Origin: Stegostoma tigrinum
Taxonomy: Eukaryota
Direction: 5' to 3'
DNA: 64,000 nucleotides
NCBI RefSeq assembly: GCF_030684315.1
Contig: NC_081359.1
Span: 58,066,505-58,130,504 of the forward strand
Positions 12,581 through 24,929 of the stretch are shown here, one piece after another; position 1 is the first letter of the stretch, and every line of letters begins with the position of its first letter. The notes below the pieces were generated by a model that did not search any database, was not told the origin of the DNA, and worked only from the letters and a program-made list of their open reading frames with translations. The position numbers were made by a program, and so were the translations under genes.

Positions 12581-13911
12581 GAGAAAGCATACAATCTGGT
12601 TAAGATTAGTGGGAAGTCAAAGGATTGGGAAGCCTTTGAAAACCAGTAGCGGTTAACATAAAATGCAATGGAGGGGGAGAATGCGAATGGAGAGAGAAGA
12701 TGCAATATGAGGTTGAGCTAGCTAGTATGAAAGAAGATTGAATGAGTTTCTTGAGATGTGGAAAAGGTGAGAGAGACATTTGACCACTGAAAAGTTAGAT
12801 TGGAAAAGTAGTAATGGGAACAACGAAATGTCAGAGAAACTGAATAGGTACTTTGGGTCAGTTTCACTGTGGAATACACCACTAGCATACCAAAACTTCA
12901 AGAGGGTCAGGTGACAGGTGAATGCATTGGCCAGGAGTTGTGCTCGGGAAGCTGAAAGGTCTGAAGGTGGATAAATCACCTGGACTAGATGGACTACATC
13001 CCAGACTTCTGAAGGAGGCAGCTGAGGAGATTGTGGAGGCATTCTTGGTGATCTTTCAGGAATTACTGGAGTCAGGGAAGGTCTTAGAAGACTGGAAAAT
13101 GGCGAAAGCAATATCTCAGTTTAAGAAGGGAAGGAGGCAGAAGTTGGGAAATTATAGACCAGTCAGGCTGACCTCGATTGTTGGTAAGATTTCAGCATCC
13201 ATTTTTAAGGATGAAATTGTGGAGTATGCTAATATAGTGATAAGTCAACATGGCTTTGTCAAGGTCAGGTCATGCCCGGCAAATCTATTAGAATTCTTTG
13301 AGGAGTAAGTTGGCAAGTTAAACAAAGGGGAGCCAGTGGACATGATCCATTTGGTTTTCCTGAGGGCCCTTCACAACGTGCCACACAGGAGGCTGCTAAA
13401 TAAGATAGGATTTCATGATGTTAGGGGCAAAATATTGCATAGATAGAAGTTGGCTGACTGGCAGAAGGCATAGAGTCGGGGCAAAGGGGCCTTTTTCAGG
13501 ACAGCTGCAAAGATGAGTGGATGTCCACAGGGGTCAGTGTTGGGACCACAACTATTCATGTTGTACATTCGTAATGATCTGGACAAAAGAACAGAGAACC
13601 GAGAACATCGCTACTAAGCATGCTGTTTGGCACAAAAGACAGGTGGAGGGATAGATAGTGTTGAGGAGGCAGGAAGGCTGCAGAAGGACTTGGGCAGACT
13701 AGGAGAATGTGCAAAGAAGTGGCTGATGGAATACAATGTGGGAAACTGTGAGGTCATGCTCTTTGGTAGGAAGAATAGAGCATAGACTATTTTGATGGGA
13801 AAGGCTTCAGAAGTCTGAAGCACAAAGACATTTAAGAGTCCTAGCTCAGGATTTTCTTAAGGTTAACATGCAGGTTCCATGAGCAGTTAAGAAGGTAACT
13901 GCAATGAGTCT

Positions 13912-14462
13912 GAGTTTCAATTTGATTTATTGTTGTCATATGTATTGAGATACAGTGAAAAGTGTTGTTTTGTATGCGATTCAAGCAGATCGTATCATAA
14001 AAAGTGCACCATGGTAGAATGACAAAAAGCAGAATATAATGTTATAGTCACAGAGTCCACGACTCTCTGTAGTTTCTTGTGGTCTTGGGAAGACCAGTTG
14101 CCATTACCAAACTGCAATGCATCCAGATTGGATGCTTTCAATGATGCAGCTATAAAAGTTGATAAAAATCTTTGTGGACATGCAAATTTCCTTAGCCTCC
14201 AGATGAAGGCATTGGAGTGTTTTCTTGACTGTTGTGCCAATGTGGGTGGACCAGGACAGATTTTTGGTGGCTATCACTCTGCGGAAGTTGATGTTCTCAA
14301 CAATCTCCACCTCAGCACTGATGATGCAATCAGGGACATGCTCTCCTCTCCACTTCCCGAAGTCAATGATTAGCTCCTTCATTTTGATGATGTTGATGGA
14401 GAGATTGTTGTCTTTCCACCATGCTGCTAATACTCAATCTCTTTCCTGTACTCAGTTTCAAT
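13912..14462 (-). mobile_element. Rex1/Babar-type LINE 3' fragment nested in CR1
   Basis: ORF 14104..14382 KELIIDFGK...AEVEIVENINF...NLSWSTHIGTTVKK, the Rex1 C-terminal motif; 3' end acaataaatcaaatt at about 13920. Confidence 0.85.
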
Positions 14463-15629
14463 TGAAATGTTAGCATTGCTGAGTCTGTATGAGGGTCTTG
14501 TCAGACCACATTTGTAACATTGTGAGCAGTTTTGGGCACCATATCTAAAGAAGAACGCACTGGCTTTAGAGGGAGGTCCAAAGGACATTTACAAGAATGA
14601 TCCTGAGAATGAAAGGCTTGTCATATAAAGAGTAGTTGAGGACTCATCTGTACTCCACGTAATTAGAAGGATGAGGGAAGATTTCATTGAAACTTACAGA
14701 ATACTGAAAGGCCCGAATCAAGAGGAATTGGAGAAGACATTTCCACTTGTAAGAGAGACCAGGGGATCCAAGGGCACAGTCTCAGTGTAAAGGGATGACA
14801 CTTTAGAACTGAGATAAACAGGAATTTATTTGGCCAGAGTATGGTGAATACATGGAACTCGTCACCACAGAGAGCTATAGAGACCAAGTCACTGAGCGTA
14901 TTTAAGATATAGGTAGATAGGTTATTGATTGGTAAGGGGATCAGCAATTACATGGAGAAGGGCAGAAATATGAAAAACGTATCAGCCATGATTGAATAGA
15001 ATATTATTTATCCCTGTGACATCTAAATTTTTGGAGTTTCTTCATTTTCTCGATTCATTAGGAATGCAAGAAGCTGTAAGTAATAAAACAGCTTGGTTGC
15101 CTTTGGAATTAAAATTGGCAAGATGATCCATTCATGTACAGACAATGACTAATCCGTTTGCTAAGAACTCTCAAAAGAAAACAATAAATAGGCACTCAAT
15201 TATTTCTATGTGTTCATGGTACTTCAGCATTGAAAACTCCACGTACCTAGATATTTTAGGGAGGTATCAATGCAAAATCATATCATAAATGTGACCTGCA
15301 TTCTTACATAGAAAAATAAAAATTAATTTTTTGACAAATCTAAGAATTTACCCTCCAATATCCGATGGTATACAGGATAACATATGCATGTTTATCTGAA
15401 TTCTGGGTTGCATTATTTTAAGCCTCTTTCCAAAAGACATGGGTTGAAAAGCCAAATACCATATGGTGAAGCACTTTAAAATGCAACAGAGTTCCAAACA
15501 GCTTGCCTCCAAGAAGGGAATAGTGGGTTTCCAGCAAAAACTCGCACGTTTTTAAAATGTCATCTTTATACTGCCAGCCATTGACAGCAACTAAGCCCAG
15601 TCAACCTCTCAAATGATTCACTAAGATTA

Positions 15630-15835
15630 TCTATTCAGAGGTTGTGACCTACCAATCAGGGAGACTCCAAGTTTGATTCCACTGCTAAACAAGCTCAACT
15701 GGAGTGGGCAAGTATTCAAGAGTTCAACAATTAACCAGCATTTCGCGGTTTTTGGGTGGGGGAGCATGTGTCTTGTGTGGTCAGAGTATGAAATCAGCCA
15801 TTCTAAATTGCTATTCAGTTACCTCTGGTCAATGA
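15630..15835 (+). mobile_element. Possible ancient tRNA-derived SINE remnant
   Basis: B-box-like aagtttgattcc at about 15669; ttgctattcagttacctctgg weakly resembles the core of 27270-27590. Confidence 0.35.
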
Positions 15836-16054
15836 AATTTGGTAAGGGCAGAAACTTGCAATGGAGTGGAGCCCGGTCAATTAAAATCTGTAAGTATCGA
15901 CCAGGATAACTGGCTTTACCATGATAGAGACATAGGGCAAAATTTAATGTTTGGTGGCAGGGGATGTTTAATCAAGTGAGAATATCTGTGGCCTCCCAGA
16001 GGGAGCCCCTTGTTCAAAGGTAGCCAGTGCCTAACTGAGGGAGTTAACAAGGTA

Positions 16055-16136
16055 TAGATCTGAATGAACACAGCAGGCCAGGCAGCATCAGAGGAGCAGA
16101 AAGGCTGATGTTTCGGGCCTAGACCTTCTTCAGAAA
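16055..16136 (-). mobile_element. PLE pLTR fragment with hammerhead motif
   Basis: Minus-strand CTGAAGA-aggtctaggccc-GAAACATC at 16107-16133, adjoining atgaacacagcaggccaggcagcatc. Confidence 0.8.
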
Positions 16137-18614
16137 CGGCCCAGTTTTGGGAAGCAAAGTGTGATGAGAGCTGTCCGAATTCTAAGCTGCAGAGTTGTAA
16201 ACTTGCTAGCAGTGACTGAGTTCAGGGGAGGTGGGAATGTGGTGTGGTCCCCAGCTCACACTGCCCCAACTCAATTGTCTGCACAACTTCAGAATGAAGC
16301 CTCTGTGCAGGTATTAAATTCCATCCAAATAGTTGCAGAAGTTTGGTATTCTTTTCTGCAGCAGCAAACTGAAATCATCCTGATTGTTAAGGCACAAACT
16401 CTTAATTTGTAAATTTTAAATTTGATGGAGTTTTGTTAACTGAAGATCTTAAGGTAAATAAGGTAAAGCTGGGTATGTGTACTTTGCTTACGGAGCAACC
16501 ACGGTCATGTTAAAAGGTGGAACATGGTTGTGGGAGGAAGTCACACTCACATTTTCCTGAGTTCCTAATAGAATAAGATTTGTTCTCTTTTAATCAATTA
16601 TAAAAAATTTCCGTCACCTTCTCCACTTGACTTCTACCCTTATTGTCCTCAGTCTAGTATCAACTTTGCAAAATGGACAGTGATTCTTCAACTTTGGTTT
16701 ATTAATGTCTGTTATAAATTACATTATTTTCAAGTTTCAGCATGAACCTGGTGCTGTCTTCATTCCTGCAGGAATATCTTCCAAGACCAGATGTGTTTGT
16801 TTGCATCCACTCTATTCTGTACTTCCAGCGATCATGCCACTGATTTGCTTTTCCACACTCTGTTACCACACCCTCATGCCTGCCCACCTCAATCCCTCTC
16901 TCACCCTTCAATGTTTTAGTCAAAAGATATGTAATTCTGAAGCATTTCAGTCTTTCTTACAGTTTTATGGAAATCTGTGCTTAGTTCCATAGTGATTTAT
17001 AAGGGTCCTCACTTAAGGTACTATTTGGACACTGTTATGACAGAGGCTCTCTGACAATAGTCATTAATCGTCTGTTGATTTAACAAGTTGGTGATGACTT
17101 TTAATATCTTTTTGCCCAGTGGCATCTATTGTGAAATATCCATTACTAAAATAGCAAACTCACAGCAAAAGTCTGTTGCTTCAATTCACTTCAGCAGTTT
17201 CCAAATTAGTTTATGGTTCATGTCTGTTTGAGGCCTTGTATTATCATGTTGTTCCTTGTTGTATTTTATAAACATTCAGGACTATTTTACGGTCTGAGCC
17301 ACTGAATGCATCAAACAAAAATAATCTCCCCCCATGTACCCCTTTAAATTTCTTAAGATCAGCAAACTCAATCTTACTTACAATTGTTCTTATTGTTCTT
17401 TAAGAGAGTGCTGATAAATAGATGTTAAGAGATAAATGAAACAAAATAATAGTAATCAGAAACATATTTTACAAACAAAGTTGTGGTTTTACAACAATGC
17501 AGCTATCATCAATTGCTATAGCAACACCACAATGAGCCAGATTTCACTGAAGAAATAAATGCAGCTATCGATTTGGGAATCAACTTCCATTTACAATTTA
17601 AATTAAATCAATCAGAAAATGACTTTGATGGAAACTTGATGTTAAAATATTTAAGAGATAGCTTTTCAACCTGAGGGAGTTGCTCATTCTGCTGGGGACT
17701 GAAGCACAAAGAGGTTTGGAACTCTGTTCGGATAGTACAGGCACTAGATATGCTAGCTGCCTTGTGTGGGGTCGACTTGAGAGCCCACGCTCTTTGTTAG
17801 TCACACTCACCTGATATTATCGGTCAAGTTTCATCAGTTATTTTCCACTAGGAACTACTGCAGAAAGATTTCCCATAGGCCATAATTACCTCTCAAACTT
17901 GTATATGTTGTATGAAAATGAGGCAACAGACAGTGCAAATCCCTATAACAGAGAGTGCATATCAACCTGGCAGAGGAAACAGAAAGCCGCAGTGACTGTA
18001 GGGCCTTATTTATATACAACCAATCCACTTCCAGTCTGAACTGAACAAGTTGCTCCGAGTAAGTACGGATTAGGGAATTTCCAAAGGAAAGAGATGGGCA
18101 ATACTTCCAAGAGTGAAGAGTTCTGGAGCAGGAGAGACTGCAGCTTTCCTTAAGAGGCCTGTTCACAACCCTGATGCGAAGAATGCACTGGAAATTAAGT
18201 TCCACTTTTCCACTAGCCATCATAAAAGTGTCTAATTTGCCCGACGTTAACCACTTGCTAAAATAAAAGTAATTTGTACCAGGTTTCATCAATAAACAAT
18301 GAAGCTAAAATTACTGGTTGTTACAAATTCCAGCATACATGCAGATTTATTCACAAATAGAATGGACAAGACAGACAATTCTACAGAAATATCATGAGTT
18401 GACAACATGAGCAAAGAAGGAACAAATTCTGAGATCTAAACCATAAGATTGGAATGAAGTGTCTTTCTTACAGTGCTTTTATTTTTGGCAATGATATGTA
18501 TATAACCAAAGTAATCCTCAATTCAGTAGCTGGCCAGGCAGACCAAGGGTCTTGACAGTGTTGACAGTTCTTTTTTCCAAAGAGCTGATGATGAGGTACT
18601 GTAGGGGGATGGGC

Positions 18615-18692
18615 TTAGATTAGTTCACAGGTCATTGCAACATCGAGGGTCAAAGGGCCTGTTCTGCGCTGTATTGTTCTATGTTCTATGTT
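18615..18692 (+). mobile_element. CR1 LINE/SINE 3' terminus with (GTTCTAT)n tail
   Basis: caacatcgagggtcaaagggcctgttctgcgctgtattgttctatgttctatgttc; similar piece at 37725-37785. Confidence 0.7.
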
Positions 18693-18769
18693 CAAACTCA
18701 TTCAGTGCTGCTTCTTTCGCACTTTGAGGAAGACACAGAGAGAGAAGGAGAGAAAAAGCCTGAGGTTGG

Positions 18770-18945
18770 TTTTTTTTGTCACATACTGAGATACAGTGAA
18801 AATTGTTATGTTGTGTGCTACACAGGCAGATCGAACTATGCAAAGTGCATCAGGATAGCAGAACAGAGTGCAGATTACAGTGTTACAGCCACAGAGAAGG
18901 TGTACAGAGAGAAATCAACTTTAATATTTGAGAAGTCCATTCAGA
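18770..18945 (-). mobile_element. Rex1-type LINE 3' UTR fragment
   Basis: gtcacatactgagatacagtgaaaa...agtgttacagccacagagaagg matches 13935-14055 and 32680-32820. Confidence 0.7.
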
Positions 18946-19344
18946 AGTCCACCATGACCCTTATTCATGTACCCGACACAGAGTTTATCCATCAATTTCT
19001 GCCTTTATTTCATACTTTTCAACATCCACAGTATTTTGCTTTTAATTACGTGTAATAATTTTTGATTAATTTGACAGTTTCCATTGTGCAGACAGCAACT
19101 GTTGTTACTGATTCTGCTGGAATTCTCAAAGTCTCTGAATTTGCTGATTTTCTGTCTTTAGAACAAACAATAATAGTGAAATCAATGAAAAATGGGAACT
19201 GGAGACCATTCAGCCCCTTGATGCTTGGACTCCGCGGGCTGTTACCCAGCTCATGGGACCACACATGTAGATTACTGAAGTTACATTCGCTCCAAGGCAA
19301 GATTTAATTTGACCTCAGACCCATAGTGTTAGCTGTGTAGTTCG

Positions 19345-19489
19345 GAATGTGTAGGTTAAGCGCATTAGCCATGGGTAATGCAGGTTTACTGGGATAGGGT
19401 AGTGGGATAGTCTGGGTGGGATGCTTTTTGAAGGGTTGGTGTGGACTTGTTGGGCTGAATGGCCTGTTTCCGCACTGTAGGTATTCTAT
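19345..19489 (+). mobile_element. 5'-truncated HE1-type SINE
   Basis: gtctgggtgggatgct...gggttggtgtggacttgttgggctgaatggcctgtttccgcactgtagg-tattctatg. Confidence 0.8.
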
Positions 19490-19695
19490 GTACAGTCTGA
19501 TAGCAGCAGGGAAGAAGTTGTTCTTGAAACTGCTCATACATGCATTCATATCTTATGCCTGATGAAAGAGGGTAGAAGAGAGTATAACTGGGGTGAGAGT
19601 AGTCTTCAATTATGTTGTTTGCTTTCCCAAGGCAGCAGGAAGTATAGATGGAGTCAGTGGATGGAAGGTTGGTTTGAGTAATGGACACCAGCCAC
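19490..19695 (-). mobile_element. Rex1/Babar LINE ORF C-terminus
   Basis: ORF 19386..19697 LPSTDSIYTSCCLGKANNIIEDYSHPSYTLFYPLSSG, the Rex1 C-terminal motif. Confidence 0.8.
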
Positions 19696-20489
19696 ATGTA
19701 CCAACATTCATGGACATTGGCATCAGATATATGCCAGTTTCTGAGAACTTGTGATCAACTCTAAATCACTTACAGGACACTTCTGCACTTCCGTACCTGC
19801 AACTATCGTTGTAATACTGCCACAAGAACAGTGTGAGCTCAGCATCATGCACCCAGCTCATGGACTGGACCAGGCTGCATCTTTAAGACCTTCACTTGCT
19901 ATCATAGTGCTAACTCACTTTGACACTTCCCGGATGCTCACAGCATTCCTGTCTTACCCTATCCTTGCCTTAGCTTTGTCCACTTTGCTCCCTCAGCCAG
20001 AGATACCAGGCTCATATTATTGCTGCCTTGTCATGTCACTTCACACAGACAAAGTCAGGAAGCTTGAGACGTCTGTCAGCAGGCTTCAGTCAAATCAAGA
20101 GAGATAGCCTTTACTCAGGGGTTCTTGGCACAATAGGCCAGCATTTGAAATTGGGTCTGCTCAGCGTGGTTACAGCCAGGATTGATGAGCTGAATGATGG
20201 CAGCACACTAACCATTTTGACTCTTTCCGCCTTATGGGGGGCTGTTTTCCTCCTGGAATGCGACAGAGGTAGGTATTAAGGGATATAAAAGGTGTTGGGG
20301 CAGTTATTATTGCTGGGGCAGATGGGCAGGTGTCCTGAGTGAAGGTAGGCAGTGCATGCAGGGTTAGCAGTGTCGGAGGTGGTGTTGCTAACAGAAAGAG
20401 AGGGAAGATGTTGCAGGTAATATTGAGAGTGGTAGAGCATGAGCTGTGGTGGAAGGTGAATTCATTCGAAGAGACAGTGTAAGTGTGAA

Positions 20490-20710
20490 TACCGTGTAGG
20501 AATGTAGAAGGCCATCAACCTTCTTCCTAGAGTGCTGGGCATTGCTCCAGATGGCTGGGACAGCTTTAGCATGGTGGCTGACATGGTGTGGTGTTGTGGC
20601 CTCCATTGCTGGTCCAAGTGGCAGACAAAGTCCCATTTTAGCACCACCTCATTCAGCAGGGTCTCAGCAACTGACTCATAAAGCAGGGCACCAAATTAGC
20701 CCTGTCTGTC
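20490..20710 (-). pseudogene. Degenerate Myb/SANT-like DNA-binding gene of a PIF/Harbinger-type transposon
   Basis: Frameshifted LVPCF / ETLLNEVVLKWDFVCHLDQQWRPQHHTM / AKAVPAIWSNAQHSRKKVDGLLHS resembles the APRF..LEVLL..V...R.AQQCRKKVNDL Myb/SANT pattern; possible element end GGGCTGAATC (minus) at 21021-21030. Confidence 0.55.
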
Positions 20711-22079
20711 ATGTCAGGGGCAAATGTCAATAACTGTGCAGGGCAGCTAAGGCAGACAATGCATGTCTGGGTACACAATGAGATTTAAATAGTGGTGGAC
20801 GAGTTAAGGATGATGATAAATTCTGGCATATCTGCTGACTGGTAAATTATCCTGAAAGCAGTGTCCTGTAGAAATATGGATCAGAAATTAGACGTAAGAG
20901 ATGTTAGAGGAACACGGTAGGTAACTAAATGATGTGAGCTTAGTATGATAGGTGATAGAACTCTCAGGGCCTTGCAGTGATTATCCATCTAAACACTTTG
21001 GTGTAATTCAGATTTAGCCAGATTCAGCCCAGTAAAAAATAAAATACGCCTCCTGTGCTAACCCATCACACCCACACACACAGACCACACCACATAAAAG
21101 ACATGGAGTGCCTCCTAATTCCCTGTATCCAACTCTTGCAACACCTCATAAACTTTCCACTAATCTTAGTACTTGTGTCCACTCCAAATGGCACCTCATA
21201 CCATTTAACAACCTAAAATTGTCTATCAAACAACCCTCCGACATCCTCCCATCCAACCCACAATTCATTATATCACAATGGCAACTTATTGCCAACTTTT
21301 GGCAATTCATACTCCCTCTACCCACTACTTTTTACCCTTGTATTTACGATGCCAACACACCTGGTATCCACTTTGGGCAGATATCAGGGCACATGTCGAG
21401 ATTAGATGCACTCTATGAAGTAGTGGCCTAAGAGGGCGTTTCAGGATACAATATGTTGAAAAAAACACTCTCATTTATAAAAGCCTATTTTTATGTTTTT
21501 TTTTAATAAATAATGCCTTGTAAAACCAAAGATTTCATTCAAGTGAACTGCACCTTATTTCAACAGACTTTAGAACAAATTTATATTTCCACTTCAAAGA
21601 GTCTATAACCACTTAGAAATCTTAATAAAACTTAAATGGGAAGCATCTAACTATGATATTGGATGGAGATAACATTAAGCACAAGTGAATTCACGCAACA
21701 GTAATCCAGTAATGGGCAGACTTTTTTTGAAAGAGTTACAGCACTTTAAAAATCCTTGACATCCTGAAATCTCTCCTTGACGATTGTTTTTGACAGGTAT
21801 TTTTGACACTTTAAGAGATTGCCCTGGCAGGTCTTTGTGATAGATTTAACAGCTGACCTTTGCAGTTGCTTTTTTATGTTTTTAACAGGTTTGTTGGCAG
21901 TTTCAATGAATTTAACAGTTAATATGTTTCTGTATACACACATTGATGTCTCCCTTTATCAATTCTCTTAGGCATCGTACCTCTAACTCGGGAACCTGCT
22001 TTCTTGAAAAGGGGTATTCTGGCTGTTTACAAACTGCAGAAAGTTTCACACTCAACCTACATCAGAGGCAGTTGAAGAT

Positions 22080-22230
22080 TTAGCATCTGGTTAGGTTCAT
22101 AACTAGGAACAGTTTAGAGGGATATAGACCAAATGCTGGTAAATGGAACTAGATTAATTTCAGATATCTGGTCAGCATGGATGAGTCGAACCAAAAGGTC
22201 TGTTTCCATGCTGTACGGCTCAATGACTGT
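22080..22230 (+). mobile_element. CR1/HER1 3' UTR fragment
   Basis: gtttagagggatatagaccaaatgctggtaaatgg...tggtcagcatggatgagtcgaaccaaaaggtctgtttccatgctgta. Confidence 0.7.
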
Positions 22231-23089
22231 ATTTAAGTGATCTGCTACCTCTGTGAATCATGCATGCATAAATCCTTACCCTACTCCCTTTCCTCCCCAC
22301 TTCGAATTGGAAGTGCCATGTTTGAAAACAAAATCTTTTGTGACAATGGAGATCCTCTGCAACATGGCACAATTCCATGTCTGTGTGGAGTAGAAGGATC
22401 AGTATACAAATGAAGCTTTTTTGATAGAAACAAGATGAATGATCCGATATTTTTAAAGGAGGAACTTTGAGAAGCAAAAGTTACCTTAAAATTGCTTAAG
22501 CTTTGGTTGCATTGTACGTCAATAGTTTTGATCTCCATATTCAAAACAAAAAGCCAATGGAGAAGGCACGAAAAGAAATTGCTGGAGTTATACTAGAACC
22601 AGGAGTTTATATGTTTTGAGAAAGATTTAACAGTTTGGGACTCTTTTCTCTCAAAGTTGAGGCTGCAGTGTGACTATATTGACAGAGATACTTAAAATTA
22701 TGAAAGACCCTGATGGAGTTGACATAGTTTCCACACAAACCAAAATATGTTCTCTTTGTGCCAGACTTTTACAGTGAAGGGTAAACTTTGCAGAACCTTG
22801 AAATGTCAAGCAGGTCCTGGATGTGGAACCGAGAAGGAGAAAAAACGCAGTAAAACCTGGAAATGAATATCCTGGGAATTCTGCACCTCCATTTTGAGGG
22901 ATGCAAGTCAAGTGGGATCAGTATATGTCATTCTCATATTTTACAGTGTTATTTTCCTTTCTGTGAAGTCCCATTCCAGTTCTGATACATTCCACCTTTG
23001 CTTACGAAGGAAATGGGAATGTATATGATCCACACAGGAGAAAAACTGTAACTCAGTATTGTCATTTGAACCTCATCAGATCTTGGTGA

Positions 23090-23216
23090 TCTGGTGACCA
23101 GGCCCAAAACATTAACTTTGATATTTTCTTCACAGATGCTGCCAGACCTGCTGATCATTTCCAGCTACTTCTGTTTTGCTCCTGATTTGCAGCATCCACA
23201 GTTCTTTCAGTTTTTA
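23090..23216 (+). mobile_element. PLE pLTR (second family) with tail
   Basis: cccaaaacattaact...cacagatgctgccagacctgctg...gatttgcagcatccacagttctttcagttttt. Confidence 0.75.
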
Positions 23217-23377
23217 AGAAGATTTTAGCCTGAGGTCATATAATTGCTATGGAATTCTTTGAAGATATTTCCCCAATGTTATTATGAATATGGGTGACTT
23301 TTGAAAGCTGCATGTATTTTCAAAGGATGGTTTGAGTTCACAGTGTTTGCCAGTTAAAGAAGTTATTAAATAATTAG

Positions 23378-24420
23378 ACAAAAACAGAAATTGCGAGAAA
23401 AGCTCAGCAGGTCTGGCAGCATTTTATCTCATTCATTTGTGGGGTGTGGGTGTTGCTGGCAGGCCAGCTTTTATTGTTCATCCCTAGTTGCCCTCGAGAA
23501 GGTGGTGGTGAGATGCCTTCTTGAACTGCTGCAGTCCACCTACTGTGGGTTGACCCACAATGCCATCAGGGAGGGAATTCCAGGATTTTGACCCAGTGAC
23601 AGTGAAGGAACGATGATATATTTCCAAGTCAGGATGGTGAGTCACTTGGAGGGACCTTGGAGGTGGTGGTGTTCCCATGTATCTGATACCCTTGTTCTTC
23701 TAGATGGGAGTGTTTCTGGGGTTGGAAAGTGCTGTCTGAGGATCTTTGGTGAATTTCTGCAGCACATCTTGTAGATGGTGCACACTGCTGCTCCTGAGCG
23801 TCAGTGGTGGAGGGAATGGATGCTTATGAATGCAGTGCCAATCAAGTGGACTGCATTGTCCTGAATGGTAATCAAGCTTCTTGAGTGTTGTTTGAGCTGC
23901 ACTCATCCAGGTAAGTAGGGAGTATTCTATCACACTCTTGGCTTGTGCCTTGTCGATGGTGGAGAAGCTTTGAGGAGTCAGGAGGTGAGTTACTCACCAC
24001 AGTATTCCCAGCTTCTGGCCTGCTCTTGTAGCCATTGTGTTTATGTGGTGACTCCAGCTGAGTTTCTGGTTCATGATAACACCAAGGATATTGATTCAGT
24101 GATGGTAATACCATTGAATACCAAGGAATAGTGGTTAGATTGTCTCTTATTGGTGATAGTCATAGCCTTGCATTTGTGTAACGTGAGTGTTACTTGCCAC
24201 TTGTTAGCCCAAGCCTGGATATTGTTCAGATCTTGTTGCATTTCAGCACAGACACTTTCAGTATCTGACGAGTCACAAATAGTGCTGAACATTGTGCAAT
24301 CATCGGTGAACATCCCCACTCCTGACCTTATGACGGAGAGAAGGTCATTGATGAAGCAGCTAAAGGTCTGTGGAGAGAAATCAGAGTTAACGTTTCAGGT
24401 CGAGTGACCCTTCCTCAGAG
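23378..24420 (-). mobile_element. PLE pLTR split by a nested CR1-group LINE
   Basis: aaaacagaaattgcgagaaaagctcagcaggtctggcagcat (23381-23422) continues at ctgtggagagaaatcagagttaacgtttcaggtcgagtgacccttcctcag (24368-24418). Confidence 0.8.
23423..24367 (-). mobile_element. Second-lineage CR1-group LINE, 3' 0.95 kb
   Basis: ORF 24071..24319 GMFTDDCTMFSTICDSSDTESVCAEMQQDLNNIQAWANKWQV (RT xADD region); ORF 23484..23678 SKSWNSLP. Confidence 0.88.
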
Positions 24421-24929
24421 CTATTAAATGATTAGTTGACTTTCTTGTGGAGTTCGGTCTGACAGGAACTACCTCAACTTGGTTTATCCACTTGCAGACA
24501 TGAAAGCCTGGCTCAATAATTAAGTACTTAAAATATAAGATGAATTAGCAATGAATTCAACAGTGAATTCTGAAAAACTTCATTGTAAAAGTGGTTAGAA
24601 TATAACTATCGGTACCTTAATGGATAATTGAAACACCTACCACACATATATTTAAGAGAGAGCTAAAGTACCACAAGGGAAAAGGAGAATAGAAAGATAT
24701 GCTGATAGAGTTCTGATTAAGAATAGTGGGAGGAAATTCATTTGTACCAAAAACAATAGCATGATCTGTTGGACCAAGTGGGCTGTTTCTGTGCTGTAAA
24801 TCCAATCCAAGGGTATGGAACATTTTACAATGTTGTGATTTTCTGAGACAAATTGGTAGAATTTTCCCGTAGGCTTTGGATCTCAACAAATGGGCCAAAT
24901 AAGGGTCCCATATCCAGACTTATGCAAAC

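Larger units (their letters stand above)
11005..15000 (+). mobile_element. Near full-length degenerate CR1 LINE (ORF1 esterase end, APE, RT, 3' UTR) with two nested insertions
   Basis: ORF1 DKLHLNCAGT (DGLHL-type esterase motif, about 11300); APE YLNTHSTRNKVNDL...DITETWL (ORF 11414..11728); RT LKVDKSPGLDGLHPRLLKE...NYRPVRLTSIVGK...SQHGF (ORF 12922..13308); PQGSVLGP at about 13525; many stops and frameshifts. Confidence 0.92.

Noticed and set aside
17855-18292. 145-aa minus-strand ORF in unique sequence
   Set aside because: No recognisable domain and unremarkable composition; compatible with chance.
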